Shown here piece after piece: positions 61,428 to 64,000 of a DNA stretch of 64,000 nt. How positions within the stretch are numbered: the stretch's first letter is position 1; each line of letters starts with the position of its first letter. The stretch lies in assembly GCA_030295235.1 (NCBI GenBank), contig AP026131.1:806001-870000 (forward strand). Reading direction: 5' to 3'. The notes beneath the pieces are model-generated. The model saw only the letters and a list, made by a program, of their open reading frames with translations, was not told the DNA's origin and ran no database searches. This stretch comes from Fistulifera solaris (Eukaryota). Both the position numbers and the translations under genes were made by a program.

Positions 61428-62642
61428 TCAAAACCCGCAATCATCAATGTACTCTTGCAACTCATGGTCAATGCCGGATCGGGTGTTGCACTGCATGTTG
61501 ATATCTAAGCTGATGATGTGGTGAAACCATACGTGAGGTAGGTACAGTACTTGACCCGCTTGCAACACAACCTCGTGACTCTGCGCCTGCGAAAACTCTG
61601 GATACTCTTCAAGATTGGGATCGGCCCAGTCAATTGCAGAATGACGAGCCGATGGATGGCCTGGAGGAAACAGAGCCATGTTTTTGCATTGATCGGGATG
61701 ACTCAGGATATACCTCCGCGTGCCTTGAAGCAAAGCAATGGCGTTTCTCCCAAAGTCATAGTGATTCTGAGCAGTCACTCCAGGCATTCCGAAACGGCAG
61801 TGAATACCCCTCTGTTTGTTTGGATCTACTAGATAAAGTGAGTCGAACTTCGGTTGAAAGAATGGGAGCTCGTCGAACAGAAACTCGGAGGCATTGACAT
61901 CGCAAGAACCATCGGGTGCTGTTTTACCACACGAGATCAATCGAAAATACCAATGTGGATCTTTTGGGGAAGTAAGCCTCGACTTAGCCTTTCGCAACCA
62001 ATTCGCGAATGTCATTCGAACAAGCTTTGTGGGTCGATGCGATCCCTCTGTCTCTTTCATTGTTCTAAGCTTGGAAGACTTCGGGTGACGGGGTGGTGCG
62101 TGAAAAAGAAAGTTGTTGGTCAAGCTGAGTTCGGTTCGATGCGGTAAATCACCCAACAAGCGATTCATGTAATTAGGAGAATTCCACCGTGCGACTGTTT
62201 TCAAAACAGCTGGATCATTATCGACGATGAAAGGGAGACGGGCTTCTCGGTACGCGATAGCCTTGTAAGAATCACGCTGATAATCGAAAATGCAGAGAGA
62301 ATTGTGATGTAAAAAGACCTGATTTCCATCGTTTTCAATGAAAGATGGCGGATCGATATCGTCTGCGGGCCATTTTTCTACTATCGCAGTAGTTTTCCAA
62401 GTGAACGGATAGCCAATTGGAGGCTTATCAGGACAGTTGTAAGTGTCGTAATTTGCACCATCGTATGATTTGAAGTCTCTCTTGAACTTCCGTACGTCTT
62501 TCAGTTCCTCCTCAAGCTTCGCTGAGTCTTCAAAGTACTCATCGATTTCTTTTCGCAGGAGCGCGTAGGTATTTGACCGATCACCTACATACTTAGAAGC
62601 ATCCGGTATTTTGTGGCAGTGGGTCGTCATCCAGGTCCTCAT
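61428..62642 (-). CDS. JmjC/cupin-like (Cupin_8) hydroxylase; 5' exon(s) probably extend towards ~62900
   Basis: CRFG..GV.A.NHYD (HxD), RRYIL..P.QC, L.AG.VLYLP..WFH.I.SL. Confidence 0.88.
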   Translation of the reverse strand: MRTWMTTHCHKIPDASKYVGDRSNTYALLRKEIDEYFEDSAKLEEELKDVRKFKRDFKSYDGANYDTYNCPDKPPIGYPFTWKTTAIVEKWPADDIDPPSFIENDGNQVFLHHNSLCIFDYQRDSYKAIAYREARLPFIVDNDPAVLKTVARWNSPNYMNRLLGDLPHRTELSLTNNFLFHAPPRHPKSSKLRTMKETEGSHRPTKLVRMTFANWLRKAKSRLTSPKDPHWYFRLISCGKTAPDGSCDVNASEFLFDELPFFQPKFDSLYLVDPNKQRGIHCRFGMPGVTAQNHYDFGRNAIALLQGTRRYILSHPDQCKNMALFPPGHPSARHSAIDWADPNLEEYPEFSQAQSHEVVLQAGQVLYLPHVWFHHIISLDINMQCNTRSGIDHELQEYIDDCGF

Positions 62643-63345
62643 TCGGAGAAAGAGAACTTGTGAGCGAATGCAAGGTGCGAAGACTTTTGTAGAGTCCGAG
62701 TCCAGTTACCAAGAGTAATATCAGACTCGCTCCCGATGTATTGCGATATTTGATGACTTTGATAAATCGCGTTCTACGTCTCCGCTTATCGTTATCGTAG
62801 ACCCCTCCCTTTGAGAAATTGAGAAATCGCTAGTTTCATATTGCGCGCCTACAAGTCGTTGCATGATGAGCTGACTTGTTGTGCAGGCGGTCTATTGGTT
62901 GTACGTTGAACCATGATTGTGGCGGTTTCAAATGATTTCAATGATCAGCTGAGATGAAGTGTTCGTGTTTTGTTCCATTTGAAAGATGAATGAGAACGCC
63001 GAACGCCGATGCCCGCGATGCCGAACATCGAATGACACTACTATTCACGTCATCGTCGCCTTAAATAACCAAAATTGTCTCTATGAAGTTCAAAAATACT
63101 TAGAGCGTTAAGGAGTGACACATAGACCAAATCATTTTAAGTATGCCTTTTTGGCTTCTATGCCCACAAGCCAACGGATATCGCTTCGAGCCGTTGACCA
63201 TCTGGTTGGACTTATCAGTTTTGAGTTTTGACGATCGTATCTTCCCACAGAAAACGTTCACTTTTTTGATCGATTTCGAACTGGAGACGGATTTCAGTTA
63301 TATTGATCATAAATCGACCAGGTCAACCTGCATTCAAGGTTTGCC

Positions 63346-64000
63346 ATGACTGAATCAACGAAAAATTGGAAGAAGATCCTCAGCAGCCCATGGCCTCTCA
63401 TCGGAACTTGGTGGGTCGCCGGCATTCTCTCCATCCTCATTCCGCTCTTTGTTTGGAGGAGTGAGAAGCAAACCTTCTATTCCACTTATGGACAGGCGAT
63501 TGAGTATGAAAACGAGCAACGTGCATATCAAGAGGCTCAAAATGCGAATCAGCAGAACCAGAACGACGATGGTCAAGAGTTGCAGAGCTGGAACTGCGGC
63601 TGGTGGCAGTTCCGATGCCGCAACAACCGTTACACTTACATGAAGGCCTACGGTGATAATGGCAATGGTGAACGCATGGGTATTTACACTCCTAACTGGT
63701 ATAATTACTTGGGCGGCAAGTACGATGATATTGCGAGCCGTGATCGTGAAGCCCTAGGTATGGATTCGTCGGTGGAAAACTCGGGAGCCCTCCGCTTTGT
63801 CTACACATGGTCAGTTCTCGTCTTCTTGGCAGTTTTGGCTTATGGAAGTTACGTTTTTTACAAGCGTCAACCTCTTATGACGTTGAATGTCATGATGGGG
63901 CTGGTTTGGCAGTACGCATTGCTTCTAATGATTGTGATGCCTCAAGGTATCATCAGTACCGAAGAAAGAGATTTGGAGCGCAATGTCTACGGATGGTACG
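63346..64000 (+). CDS. Multi-pass membrane protein with N/Q-rich loop, 3'-truncated (absent from ORF track)
   Basis: Open frame from ATG 63346 to the window end: MTESTKNWKKILSSPWPLIGTWW...NANQQNQNDDG...CGWWQFRCR...LRFVYTWSVLVFLAVLAYG... Confidence 0.8.
   Translation, partial: MTESTKNWKKILSSPWPLIGTWWVAGILSILIPLFVWRSEKQTFYSTYGQAIEYENEQRAYQEAQNANQQNQNDDGQELQSWNCGWWQFRCRNNRYTYMKAYGDNGNGERMGIYTPNWYNYLGGKYDDIASRDREALGMDSSVENSGALRFVYTWSVLVFLAVLAYGSYVFYKRQPLMTLNVMMGLVWQYALLLMIVMPQGIISTEERDLERNVYGWY

Overview
Gene-dense eukaryotic nuclear DNA, very probably from a diatom. The evidence is short GT-AG introns, signal-peptide+'AF' bipartite plastid presequences, and diatom-type families (DUF6824, secreted SET protein, N/Q-rich RXL membrane proteins). 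There are about 30 protein genes, including an ABCB transporter, sterol glucosyltransferase, polyprenyl-PP synthase, TPI, cyclin, pheophytinase-like hydrolase, dynamin, urease, UreG, nucleoredoxin, PDI-like, HMG-box and JmjC genes. Many are split by 1-nt indels in homopolymer runs, most likely sequencing errors. Most notable observations: (1) a head-to-head pair of silicanin-like N/Q/Cys-rich RXL single-pass membrane proteins shares a promoter with six AACGG (MSA/Myb) sites in 90 bp, and a third N/Q-rich membrane gene at the window end has similar sites; (2) a large secreted lipid-binding-like (BPI/TULIP) ectodomain is fused to two PqiA/LetA-like membrane domains; (3) a urease-UreG-DUF1275 neighbourhood; (4) about 2.2 kb of intergenic 'stutter' DNA made of dozens of unrelated 7-nt doublets, with smaller patches elsewhere; (5) an ABCB with TMD-NBD-NBD-TMD order; (6) two MITE-like elements and two related minisatellite arrays. 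No rRNA, tRNA or CRISPR was recognised. All family calls come from motif recognition by eye, not database searches.
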